A stretch of 42,173 nt of DNA, taken from contig JAEEYW010000033.1 of assembly GCA_016288305.1 (NCBI GenBank), forward strand, positions 1-42,173. The letters are read 5' to 3'. This DNA is from Bacillales bacterium (GTDB taxonomy: Bacteria; Bacillota_I; Bacilli_A; RF39; UBA660). The notes beneath the pieces are model-generated. The model was not told the origin of the DNA. It was given only the letters and a program-made list of their open reading frames with translations, and did no database searches. Made by a program: the position numbers and the translations under genes. Shown here one piece after another: positions 28,906 through 38,036 of this stretch. Numbering within the stretch: the first letter of the stretch is position 1; each line of letters starts with the position of its first letter.

Positions 28906-30214
28906 ATGGATTTAATCTATTTGGTCCTCTAAATAAGAATTGTGTTTCTTTTAAATTAGGTAAACCTAATAATAACATTGTAATTCTATCTAAACCAATG
29001 CCAAAACCACCATGTGGAGGACAACCATATTTAAAGAATTGTAAATAGAATTCTACATCTTTAGTTAATCCTTTTTCTTGAGCGTTTTTAGCAAGTTCTT
29101 CATATCTATGTTCTCTTTGAGCTCCAGATGTTATTTCAACACCTCTCCAGATTAAATCGTATCCTTGTAAAGCACCATCTTTTCTCATATGATAAAAAGG
29201 TCTTTTAGTTGCTGCATATCCAGTTACAAACATAAACTCAGAATTATATTTCTCCATAGCATATTTGTATATCAATTTTTCTGTTTCAGCATTAGTATCA
29301 CCAATATCATGTTCAGGGATAGTATAACCATATAATTTATTTAATTCACGATATAAATCTTGTAAATCCATTCTTGGAAATGGCTTAGTTGGAACAACAA
29401 CATCAATACCAAAAACTTCTTTTATTCTATCGCCATAAACTTCTTTAACTTTAGTTAAACCAGCTATTAACAAATCTTCTTCGACACTCATAACATCTTC
29501 ATATGAAGAAATATGCGCAAATTCTAAATCGAAGCCTGTAAACTCAGTAGCATGTCTATTAGTGTTTGAATTTTCAGCTCTAAATACAGGACCAACTTCA
29601 AATACTCTATCCAAACCAGCGGCTAAAGCCATTTGCTTATAAAATTGTGGTGATTGAGCTAAATAAGCAGATCTATCAAAATATTTAACTTCAAATACTT
29701 CGGAACCTGATTCAGATGCTGTACCAATCAATTTAGGTGAATGTATTTCTACAAATCCTTCCTTGTATAAATACTCTCTCATACCCTGTTGCATTGTTGA
29801 TTCAACTAATCTAACTAAAGTATTTCGATCATTTCTAATATCTAACCATCTATAATCTAGTCTAGTATCAATATTAACACCTTCTAGATTATTATAATCA
29901 AATGGTAATTCAGAAGCTTTAGAAGTAACTTCGATATTAGTAGGTATTAATTCAATACCACCTAATTTAACAGCTTCATTAGCTACTACTTTACAAGTAA
30001 CTAAAACTGTACTATCTTTAGTAACATTAGACATAATACCTAATAATTTAGCATTATTTTCATCACTTTTTTCAATCGTCATTTGTACACGACCTGTATG
30101 ATCTTTTAAGATGACAAACATAACCCATTTTTTATCTCTTATAGCATCAACAAAGCCTGAAAATGTAACTTCTTTATCTATATATTTATTTAATTCATCT
30201 ACAAATACTTTCAT
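28904..30214 (-). CDS. aspS: Aspartate--tRNA ligase, short archaeal-type (probably non-discriminating)
   Basis: 436 aa, no GAD insertion; TRLDYRWLDIR, AQSPQFYKQM, FRAENSNT.RH, SGAQREH, YGCPPHGGFGIGLDR. Confidence 0.93.
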   Translation of the reverse strand: MKVFVDELNKYIDKEVTFSGFVDAIRDKKWVMFVILKDHTGRVQMTIEKSDENNAKLLGIMSNVTKDSTVLVTCKVVANEAVKLGGIELIPTNIEVTSKASELPFDYNNLEGVNIDTRLDYRWLDIRNDRNTLVRLVESTMQQGMREYLYKEGFVEIHSPKLIGTASESGSEVFEVKYFDRSAYLAQSPQFYKQMALAAGLDRVFEVGPVFRAENSNTNRHATEFTGFDLEFAHISSYEDVMSVEEDLLIAGLTKVKEVYGDRIKEVFGIDVVVPTKPFPRMDLQDLYRELNKLYGYTIPEHDIGDTNAETEKLIYKYAMEKYNSEFMFVTGYAATKRPFYHMRKDGALQGYDLIWRGVEITSGAQREHRYEELAKNAQEKGLTKDVEFYLQFFKYGCPPHGGFGIGLDRITMLLLGLPNLKETQFLFRGPNRLNP

Positions 30215-30216
30215 AA

Positions 30217-31521
30217 TTATCCTTCCTCATGACAATGACATTCATCACAATCACATTCATCATTTAATTTTTCATCTAAATAATAAATCAAATAATCTAA
30301 TTCAATTTGTTCACTTTCTTGTGTATGGTTATTTTTAATTGTTACATAATTGTTTTTAACTTCATCTTCACCAATAATTATAATAAATTTACTATTTAAT
30401 TTATCAGCTTGTTTAAAATTAGACTTCATATTACGTGAACAATAATCAATATCAGTTTTAAAACCATTGAGTCTTAAATTAGTAGCTAAGCGTAAAGCAT
30501 ATTCTTTTTCTGCCTCATCCATATATGTGATATAAGTATCAACGCCATTATCTAAATTTAAATCAATATTCTCAGCATCTAAAGCATTTAAAATTCTTTC
30601 GACACCTAAAGCAAAACCAACAGCTGGTGTTTCAGGTCCATCTAAAGTAGCTACTAAATTATCGTATCTACCACCACCACATAAAACATTTTGACTACCA
30701 AAATCTTTTATTTCAGCAGAAACTTCAAAAACAGTATGTGTATAGTAATCTAATCCTCTTACAATATTTGGATTAACAACATATTCAATATCCATACTTG
30801 TTAAATATTTTTTAACATCTTCAAAATGTTTTTTACTCTCTTCATTTAAATAATCAATTGTTTTAGGTGCATTTTGCATTAACGTATTATTAGCATCTAC
30901 TTTACAATCTAATATTCTTAAAGGATTCTTTTCAAATCTATTATTACAATCCTCACATAATTCATTTAAATGTGGTTTGAAATATTCCATTAAAGCTTCT
31001 TTATATTTTAATCTTGATTCTGTATCACCTAAAGTATTAATATTTACCTTAACATTTTTAAGACCTAGCAATTTAAATAAATTAACTGGTATACTAATAA
31101 CTTCAGCATCAGCTAAAGCATCACTAGTACCTAATACTTCAACACCAAATTGATAGAATTCTCTAAATCTACCTGATTGTGGTCTTTCATATCTAAACAT
31201 AGGACCAAAATACCAAGCTTTAACTGGTACAGCATGATTACCATATAACTTATTCTCAATAAAGCTTCTAACAATACCTGCTGTTCCTTCTGGTCTTAAA
31301 GTCATATTTCTATCTGATCTATCTTTAAAATCATAAGTCTCTTTAGTTACAATATCACTTGTTTCACCTACACCTCTATGAAATAATTCACTAGCTTCAA
31401 ATATAGGTGTTCTAAAATATTCATAATTATATGCTTCCATCATATTTTTAAGCAATTCATGAAGATATAAAACTCTCTTATCATTAATTACATCGTATGT
31501 TCCTTTTGGTTTTTGTATCAT
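30217..31521 (-). CDS. hisS: Histidine--tRNA ligase
   Basis: PKGTYD, LRPEGTAG, FRYERPQSGRFREF, VRGLDYYT, GGGRYD. Confidence 0.97.
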   Translation of the reverse strand: MIQKPKGTYDVINDKRVLYLHELLKNMMEAYNYEYFRTPIFEASELFHRGVGETSDIVTKETYDFKDRSDRNMTLRPEGTAGIVRSFIENKLYGNHAVPVKAWYFGPMFRYERPQSGRFREFYQFGVEVLGTSDALADAEVISIPVNLFKLLGLKNVKVNINTLGDTESRLKYKEALMEYFKPHLNELCEDCNNRFEKNPLRILDCKVDANNTLMQNAPKTIDYLNEESKKHFEDVKKYLTSMDIEYVVNPNIVRGLDYYTHTVFEVSAEIKDFGSQNVLCGGGRYDNLVATLDGPETPAVGFALGVERILNALDAENIDLNLDNGVDTYITYMDEAEKEYALRLATNLRLNGFKTDIDYCSRNMKSNFKQADKLNSKFIIIIGEDEVKNNYVTIKNNHTQESEQIELDYLIYYLDEKLNDECDCDECHCHEEG

Positions 31522-32960
31522 AATCTTCCTCCTATTTTTCTTACTTTACTTTCCATTATGTCTTTTAAAGTATATTCTTTACCATCTTTTGTAATCAATA
31601 TGCATTCGCGATAATCATCAAATGCTTTCTTACCATAACAAATACCCGCATAATCTTTTTTATTATGCAAAACTTCCCATTCACTTTTATGCATAGCATT
31701 TTCAACAAGGAAAGATAATGACTTGGCTCCTTGTTTTAATTCTATTGCCTTGTCAATTATAGCATCAAGAAAGCCTTTTGTCCATCTTAAATCAATATTA
31801 ACATCTTTCAAAGCTGCTTTCTTATCATTCAAAATATTGGTTAAAAGCTTCCTAAAATCTTCTTTTGTTAATTCATTAAAATATGTAAAGATAGAAAACT
31901 TAACTAATAAATCAGTATAGTTCTGCTTTGTTATATTATTAGCGCTAGTACTTTGATATGGCTTATAATTAACAGAATTATCAATATATCCAATTGTACT
32001 TTTTTTAGCTACATCATCAAATGTTGCTATACCTAAAATAATTAAACTAGAAGTATCAAATGGAATAATATATTGCCCGAAATTGACATTATATGTTGTT
32101 TTTTCAAACAATTCATCTACTCTTTTTTTTACGCTATCATTAATAGATATATCTCGAGAGATACCATCAATTAGAATAATACCTCTTTGTGCTCTAGCAA
32201 TATCATTTGTTGATTGCATAATTAAACCAATTAATAAATTTTCCATTTCATATTTATGATTTATAAAATCTTTAATATCACATAAAACAATAGGAACATC
32301 TAAATACTCCGTTAAAGCAAATGCCATTGTATGTTTACCTACACCAGTAGGACCTACAAATAGACATGAGGGTTGACCAACTTTGTTAACGTTATTATTA
32401 AAGAAACCAACAATAATATCTTTTTTAACTTGTTCTTGTCCTATAACAGTTTTGTTCAAAAATTTAGCCATATTATGCACATTAATTTTCTTTTTTGTAT
32501 ATGATATTTGTTCAAGCTGATGATATGGTATAGATTGTTCACTAGGTAATTGTGGTTTAACTTCTTCCACCGCTTCACCTTGCAAAGGTACAATACCGCC
32601 CGATTCTGATTCATAACCTTCATATTGCCTGATAGCATCATTTTTGATAGCTGCGTTGTAAGCTTCATTAAGAAGATGAACTTTATCATTATAAAACCTA
32701 GTCAAAGCATTATTTTTACCATACTTTGCAAGTATATCTTTCTTAGCTGTTGGATAAAATACAGTTTGTGTTTCACCATCTTGCATTGCTTGTTTATCAT
32801 CATCTAAATAATAATAATGATTATCTTTAGTCACAAATAATTTCTTTTTACCATTTGTAACTGTATACCCTTCAACAGCCTTAATAGGTTTGAAAACATA
32901 TACCTGTGGCGTAATCTGACTTCTTTCCATAAGAATACCATATAATATTTCTTTTCCCAC
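31518..32960 (-). CDS. ClpX/HslU-clade AAA+ homologue with degenerate ATPase motifs and unrecognised N-terminal domain
   Basis: LNKTVIGQEQVKK, GPTGVGKH, AQRGIILIDGI, FDTSSL, TIGY, GAKSL; GTG 32960 follows SD AGGAGG (ORF-track start 32990 lies inside the T-box leader). Confidence 0.8.
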   Translation of the reverse strand: MGKEILYGILMERSQITPQVYVFKPIKAVEGYTVTNGKKKLFVTKDNHYYYLDDDKQAMQDGETQTVFYPTAKKDILAKYGKNNALTRFYNDKVHLLNEAYNAAIKNDAIRQYEGYESESGGIVPLQGEAVEEVKPQLPSEQSIPYHQLEQISYTKKKINVHNMAKFLNKTVIGQEQVKKDIIVGFFNNNVNKVGQPSCLFVGPTGVGKHTMAFALTEYLDVPIVLCDIKDFINHKYEMENLLIGLIMQSTNDIARAQRGIILIDGISRDISINDSVKKRVDELFEKTTYNVNFGQYIIPFDTSSLIILGIATFDDVAKKSTIGYIDNSVNYKPYQSTSANNITKQNYTDLLVKFSIFTYFNELTKEDFRKLLTNILNDKKAALKDVNIDLRWTKGFLDAIIDKAIELKQGAKSLSFLVENAMHKSEWEVLHNKKDYAGICYGKKAFDDYRECILITKDGKEYTLKDIMESKVRKIGGRL

Positions 32961-32977
32961 AACAAACCCTCCTAAAC

Positions 32978-33170
32978 AAAAAAAATCCATAAACTCTAAG
33001 GACTCATTGAAAGCGGTGCCACCTTAGTTTATAGATTTTAACTATACTCTTTATTCTCTATAACGTGAGATAACGATTACCATCGGTATTTAGTGTCTTC
33101 TTTAAAAAGTATTTAATGCTTTCACCACAACGCATCTTCTCTAAAAAATACTATTTCAAATACTCCTCTA
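32978..33170 (-). promoter_or_regulatory. T-box riboswitch (Asp, specifier GAC)
   Basis: AGAGA and GGTGAAA Stem I motifs, GAA-GAC-A specifier (33095-33097), Stem II CGAT/ATCG, IIA/B with CGTTA, Stem III, T-box AAGGTGGCACCGC at 33013-33025 (UGGC fits G73). Confidence 0.92.
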
Positions 33171-33187
33171 AACAAGTAATTGCTAAT

Positions 33188-33216
33188 ATTATATAATTAT
33201 TATTTATAAATGTCAA
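33188..33216 (-). promoter_or_regulatory. Consensus sigmaA promoter of the AAA-hisS-aspS operon
   Basis: TTGACA-N17-TATAAT. Confidence 0.85.
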
Positions 33217-34436
33217 CGCGTAAACCCTTGTAATTGCATAGTACTTAAATCAACAGATACATCGTCACCATTGGCATTTTTATTAGTACTTTCATTACCA
33301 TTATGGAATGATAATACTTTAGCTATATAATTAGGATCACCATATGTTGTATCATCCCAAGTAATACCGTAATTTCTAGGATGATAATGTAAATCTTCAA
33401 CATATTTTAGCCATCCTATATCTTGATAATTGTTTATAACATCATCTAAGGATACTGATTTTTCTTTAGCATATGCTTCTAAAACACCTCTTATTCCTGT
33501 ATCACCATAATTATAAGCTTGAACAGCTATATAAATATTGTTGTTATACTTATACAATTTATTTTGTAACAACATAGCTCCTATTTTAATATTCTTTTCC
33601 AAATCACATGCTGTAGCCATACAAACATGTTCTTTTTCATAAGCTCCAGTGCTATAATTAAATGCTTGAACATCATATTCATTTTCAGGATGTTCTATTT
33701 GGTAAATACCAACAGCAGATCCATTATAACGTTTAGCTCCAGGAAGAGTTAATCTATGATGTAAAGTTGATTCCTTTTGACCCATAGCTAAGAATAAATA
33801 TTTATCTAGACCAAATTCTTCACTATATTTTTGAATATAATCCCATGCATCAAGTTCATAAAAATCACTTGTAATCTCTTCAAAATTATCACCCACTGGA
33901 AACAACGTTGGTGCAGGTGTTGGCGTTGGAGCTATAGTTGGTGTAGGTGTTACAGTTGGAGTTACAGTTGGAGTTATAGTTGGAGTAATTAACCCAATAT
34001 CCCTATCATCAGTTAAAATTTCATTAGAAATTTCTACATTAGGTTTATGACTGTGATATTTAACTGCATATCCTATTCCTAATAAACTTGTTAATGCTAT
34101 GCTACCAATAGTAGCCATCGTTGCTAGTTTTTTACGATTAATATGCTTAAGTGAAGAAACATATTTCGTATTATTATCAACAAGTTTAGCAAGATCAGCA
34201 TATAACGGATCATGCTTATGAAGCAAATAATTTTTAAGTGTGATTTTATGATTATCAAAATACATTTTGCGATATCCTAATTCAGTACGAACAAGTCTAG
34301 CGTCACCAAAATCAATTGATAATTTATCAAGTATTTTATCTTCATCATTGGTAAATTGATGTGATTTAATTCCTTGAAACTTTTCATCAATCTCTAAACA
34401 ATATTTACCATACTTAATACTTAACGTTAATTCCAT
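33213..34436 (-). CDS. Membrane-anchored lytic transglycosylase (SLT domain)
   Basis: TM helix, Thr/Pro linker, LAMGQKES (catalytic Glu), AVGIYQI, NIKIGAMLL, QAYNYG. Confidence 0.85.
   Translation of the reverse strand: MELTLSIKYGKYCLEIDEKFQGIKSHQFTNDEDKILDKLSIDFGDARLVRTELGYRKMYFDNHKITLKNYLLHKHDPLYADLAKLVDNNTKYVSSLKHINRKKLATMATIGSIALTSLLGIGYAVKYHSHKPNVEISNEILTDDRDIGLITPTITPTVTPTVTPTPTIAPTPTPAPTLFPVGDNFEEITSDFYELDAWDYIQKYSEEFGLDKYLFLAMGQKESTLHHRLTLPGAKRYNGSAVGIYQIEHPENEYDVQAFNYSTGAYEKEHVCMATACDLEKNIKIGAMLLQNKLYKYNNNIYIAVQAYNYGDTGIRGVLEAYAKEKSVSLDDVINNYQDIGWLKYVEDLHYHPRNYGITWDDTTYGDPNYIAKVLSFHNGNESTNKNANGDDVSVDLSTMQLQGFTR
33907..33987 (-). repeat. Thr-Pro low-complexity linker
   Basis: TPTITPTVTPTVTPTPTIAPTPTPAPT; 12-bp units such as tgttacagttgg. 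Confidence 0.8.
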
Positions 34437-35008
34437 TAATCCACCTTCTCACTAACACTTATACCATCACCAATGTCATAAAAAGTTGTTTTATAATCAT
34501 TGTTGTTCTTTAGAAAATCAATGTATTCACTAATTTTTCTAACCAATTGTCTTAAATTTCTACTCATTTCTTGATCAGAATTAACCAATCCATGAAAAGA
34601 TAAGTTATCCGTAATAACATACCCTTTACTTCTAAGTAATGGAGTATATTTATTAAAAAACTTAATACTTTGAGCCTTAGCAGCATCAATAAAAATCAAA
34701 TCATATTCACCTGTTATATTAATATCTAAAGCATCACCAAAAATTAAATTAATTTGGTTATCTAAAGCAAATTTAGATACATTTTTTAAAGCTTCATTGT
34801 ATCTAGTTTCATCTCTTTCAATAGTTGTAACTTTAACATCTTTAGAAACCAAAGCCATTTTTATAGCTGAATAACCTATAGCTGTACCTATCTCTAAAAC
34901 ATTTTTAATATTATGTTCTTCAATAAAAGCTGTTAAAAAGTCAATTCCATCTTTTTGCATGATAGGAATTTTATATTCTTTAGCGTATTGTTCTAATTCT
35001 TCTAACAT
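34436..35008 (-). CDS. trmR: O-methyltransferase, TrmR/YrrM family
   Basis: IPIM, VLEIGTAIGYSA, TTIERD, DLIFIDAAKAQ, IGDGIS; downstream of mltG as in Bacillus. Confidence 0.8.
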   Translation of the reverse strand: MLEELEQYAKEYKIPIMQKDGIDFLTAFIEEHNIKNVLEIGTAIGYSAIKMALVSKDVKVTTIERDETRYNEALKNVSKFALDNQINLIFGDALDINITGEYDLIFIDAAKAQSIKFFNKYTPLLRSKGYVITDNLSFHGLVNSDQEMSRNLRQLVRKISEYIDFLKNNNDYKTTFYDIGDGISVSEKVD

Positions 35009-36057
35009 GATCTATCCAAGTACCTTAAACATTTTTGTTGATGTTCATAGTAAGTTTCAGAATAATATGTTTTATGATTTGTTTCATCATACACGTCAGC
35101 TAAAAAATATAAATAATCATTATCATCTGGATATAAAACAGCTTTTATACTTGCTTCACCTGCCATACCTCCTGGTCCAACAGGTAAGCCATAGTAATAA
35201 TATGTATTATAAGGTGAATCCGTTTCTAAATCTTCTTGTAAATAAGATAATTTCCATTCATCGATAGCATATCCTACCGTTGCACAGCTTTGTAATTTAT
35301 AGCCTTCATCTAAACGATTTAAAAATACTCTAGCAATCATAGGACGATCTTCATCTAAAATAGCCTCATATTCAACGATAGAAGCTAAAGTAAGTATTTC
35401 ATGAACACTATATTCACTTGCTTCAATTTTGTCTTTATATTTAGATAAAACTTCATCCATTTTATCTAACATTTTATATGTTATATCTTCCATATCTGCA
35501 TTTTTAAATATTTCATATTTAGCAGGAAAGAAATAACCTTCTAAATTGTATCTTAGATTACTATTTTCTATTTCATCAGTTAAAAACCAATATTTTTCAA
35601 TTAAATTTTCAATAGTATCAGCATTATTCCAATATGTCAACCATTCATTTTTACTATACTTCGTAACTTTAGATAAACTTTCAGCTATATCAGTAATATG
35701 ATGACCTTCTAAGACGATAAACTCTGTTGTATCTAATACAGCATCATTACTATTTAACTTAGCTACAATACCTTCAACACCCATATTTTTATCTAATATG
35801 TATGTACCTTTTTGTAATCCGAGAGGATTAGCTAATTTAACGTATACTTTATATATTAATTCTGACTTTATTAAACCTTTTTCTTTTAACAAAGGAGCTA
35901 TAGACATGTATGTATCACCTGCAGCAATATCAAATTCAACAGGTACACTTTCTTTACTTACAGGACTTATACCAATACGATATGGTAAACAAGTACCTAC
36001 AATAAGTAAAACTATTAAGAATATGGCTACCTTGTAAATTGTAACTAACTTCTTCAT
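35002..36057 (-). CDS. mltG: Endolytic transglycosylase MltG
   Basis: N-terminal TM, LEGYFFP, LASIVEYE, VFLNRL, LQSCAT, DSPYNTY, GLPVGP, YLYF. Confidence 0.93.
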   Translation of the reverse strand: MKKLVTIYKVAIFLIVLLIVGTCLPYRIGISPVSKESVPVEFDIAAGDTYMSIAPLLKEKGLIKSELIYKVYVKLANPLGLQKGTYILDKNMGVEGIVAKLNSNDAVLDTTEFIVLEGHHITDIAESLSKVTKYSKNEWLTYWNNADTIENLIEKYWFLTDEIENSNLRYNLEGYFFPAKYEIFKNADMEDITYKMLDKMDEVLSKYKDKIEASEYSVHEILTLASIVEYEAILDEDRPMIARVFLNRLDEGYKLQSCATVGYAIDEWKLSYLQEDLETDSPYNTYYYYGLPVGPGGMAGEASIKAVLYPDDNDYLYFLADVYDETNHKTYYSETYYEHQQKCLRYLDRSC

Positions 36058-36074
36058 AAGGCAAAAGCGAGTTA

Positions 36075-36368
36075 TTACTCCTCGCTATCCTCCTCTTCAC
36101 CTTGAACTGCATCTTGTAATTCACCAAGAATTGTTTCAATTACTTTCCATTCTTTTTCATCAGTAATAGGTGTTAATTTTAACTCCTCATTATCTGGTTC
36201 ATAAATGGATGCATATACCTTAGTATTACCTTGTTCATCCAATGTATTATCTGTATATACAATATAATTTTTATTTGTTTCGTTTGATTCGAATGTAAAT
36301 AATACTTCACATTCCATTTCTGCGCCACTTTCAGTTGTAACTGTAAATGTCATTTTTTCTTCTTTCAT
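36075..36368 (-). CDS. DUF1292 (YrzB-like) acidic protein
   Basis: EVLFTFES..KNYIVY, LTPITDEKEW; follows yqgF. Confidence 0.88.
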   Translation of the reverse strand: MKEEKMTFTVTTESGAEMECEVLFTFESNETNKNYIVYTDNTLDEQGNTKVYASIYEPDNEELKLTPITDEKEWKVIETILGELQDAVQGEEEDSEE

Positions 36369-36772
36369 TATTTATCTCTCCTATCTAAATATGTTTGCAA
36401 TATAATTGTAGCGGCAAGCGCATCGACTTTTTCTTTTCTTTTCTTCCTAGACATATCAGCTTCAATCATATAATTATGAGCTGAAACAGTAGATAATCTT
36501 TCATCTTGTAATTCGACTTTATAATTTAATTGCTCTAGTTTTTCTTTAAAAGCTAAAGTTTCTAAAGCTCTAGGCCCAATAGTATTATTCATATTTTTAG
36601 GAAAACCTAATACCAAACAATCTATCTTATATTCGTCAATTACTTTTATTAATTCATTAATTAGTTTATCTTCATCTTCATATCTAATAGTTTTCAAACT
36701 TGTGGCAATCAAACCATTAGAAACAGAAAGGCCCAAAGTTCTAGTGCCTAAATCTAAACCTAAATACTTCAT
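36368..36772 (-). CDS. ruvX: YqgF/RuvX family nuclease (YrrK)
   Basis: LGLDLGTRTLG, VLGFPKNMN, DERLST, VDALAATIILQTYLD. Confidence 0.95.
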   Translation of the reverse strand: MKYLGLDLGTRTLGLSVSNGLIATSLKTIRYEDEDKLINELIKVIDEYKIDCLVLGFPKNMNNTIGPRALETLAFKEKLEQLNYKVELQDERLSTVSAHNYMIEADMSRKKRKEKVDALAATIILQTYLDRRDK

Positions 36773-37008
36773 TTAATAAATTCTTCTACTATAACTTCTA
36801 ATATTTTTGTTCTATCATATGAACTTATTTTTTTCCTAGCTTCTTTATGACTAGAAATATATCCAGGGTCGCCACTCATTAGATATCCTACAATTTGATT
36901 TTTAGCATTATAACCTCTTTCAGTTAAAATCTCAGCTACTTCTTTAATTGTACGTGATATCAAAGCTTTTTCAAAATCTGATGTTGTATAAATCTTTGTT
37001 TCATCCAT
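36769..37008 (-). CDS. ireB: IreB/ReoM regulatory phosphoprotein (DUF965)
   Basis: ERGYNAKNQIVGYLMSGDPGYISSH..AR; ATG 37008 gives MDETK with the likely phospho-Thr. Confidence 0.92.
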   Translation of the reverse strand: MDETKIYTTSDFEKALISRTIKEVAEILTERGYNAKNQIVGYLMSGDPGYISSHKEARKKISSYDRTKILEVIVEEFIK

Positions 37009-37070
37009 ATATAAACACCGCCTTACCAATACAATATTATTGTATCAAAATTTGAATATTATTTCAATAT

Positions 37071-37094
37071 AAAAAACTAGATTGCTCTAGTTTT
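37071..37094 (-). terminator. Terminator spanning the HD gene stop
   Basis: AAAACTAGA-TTGC-TCTAGTTTT. Confidence 0.65.
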
Positions 37095-37985
37095 AATTAA
37101 TGCACTACCTTCATTCATAGCTATATTATCATCTAGTTTTTCTAAGGCAATTTGATATATAGGCTCTAAAACAGCATTACCTGTTTTTTCATACAATTTT
37201 TCAATTAAATGTTCATCACGTATTTTTTTCAATACTGATAACAAATTAGTTTGATTAATAAAATCCATACGAACTAGATGTCCGACATTTGCTGTCCATT
37301 TACCCTGATGAACAATTTCACGTATAGATGGTAACGCACCTTGTTTAAATAATTCAACTAATTCTAAATCAATAGGATCTAAAGTAGTCATAGTCTTGAT
37401 GGAACCATTAGCTAATCTTCTTAAAATATCTAATCTATCAGCATCTTGTACGATAGCTAAATTAGTCACTTTTAAAATATTTCTTTCTTTAGAAGTACGA
37501 TATGATTGAAATAAATCCTTTAAATCATAACATTTAAAAGCAGATAAATATCCTTCATCAATTTGTGAAACTAAATCTTTATTTATTTTAGAATGATTTC
37601 TAATTGTTTCAAGTATATCATAATCATATCTTCGTGTATCAGGAATTAATTCTCCCAATAAATCTCTCATTACGAAAGCACCTAAATCGCCATGATCACT
37701 CATACCATTAAAGTATTGACCTATTTTTTCATCTTCTAAAGTGCCTGTCACTCTTAATTGTTCAAATCTTCCAATATCATGAAATAAGCTTTCCAATTCC
37801 AACAATCTTTTAAATGATGCACCATATTTTGTAAACTCATTATCTATTCTTAGAGCCTCATCTAAAACAGCTAATGAATGTTTTTGTTTTAAAATATATC
37901 CTTTTTCATTTTTTGAATCATCGATATATTTATTGGTATAATCTTTAAATACCATAACTTGTTCTTTTTTACTTTTAATATCCAT
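37077..37985 (-). CDS. HD-domain phosphohydrolase
   Basis: LKQKHS, LFHDIGRFEQ, DHG, IRNHS, VQDADRLDI. Confidence 0.88.
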   Translation of the reverse strand: MDIKSKKEQVMVFKDYTNKYIDDSKNEKGYILKQKHSLAVLDEALRIDNEFTKYGASFKRLLELESLFHDIGRFEQLRVTGTLEDEKIGQYFNGMSDHGDLGAFVMRDLLGELIPDTRRYDYDILETIRNHSKINKDLVSQIDEGYLSAFKCYDLKDLFQSYRTSKERNILKVTNLAIVQDADRLDILRRLANGSIKTMTTLDPIDLELVELFKQGALPSIREIVHQGKWTANVGHLVRMDFINQTNLLSVLKKIRDEHLIEKLYEKTGNAVLEPIYQIALEKLDDNIAMNEGSALIKTRAI

Positions 37986-38013
37986 AAAATATCCCCCTAA
38001 ATGTGCTTTATAT

Positions 38014-38036
38014 AAAAACTAGATAATATCTAGTTT
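38014..38036 (-). terminator. Terminator after dnaI
   Basis: AAACTAGAT-AAT-ATCTAGTTT. Confidence 0.65.
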
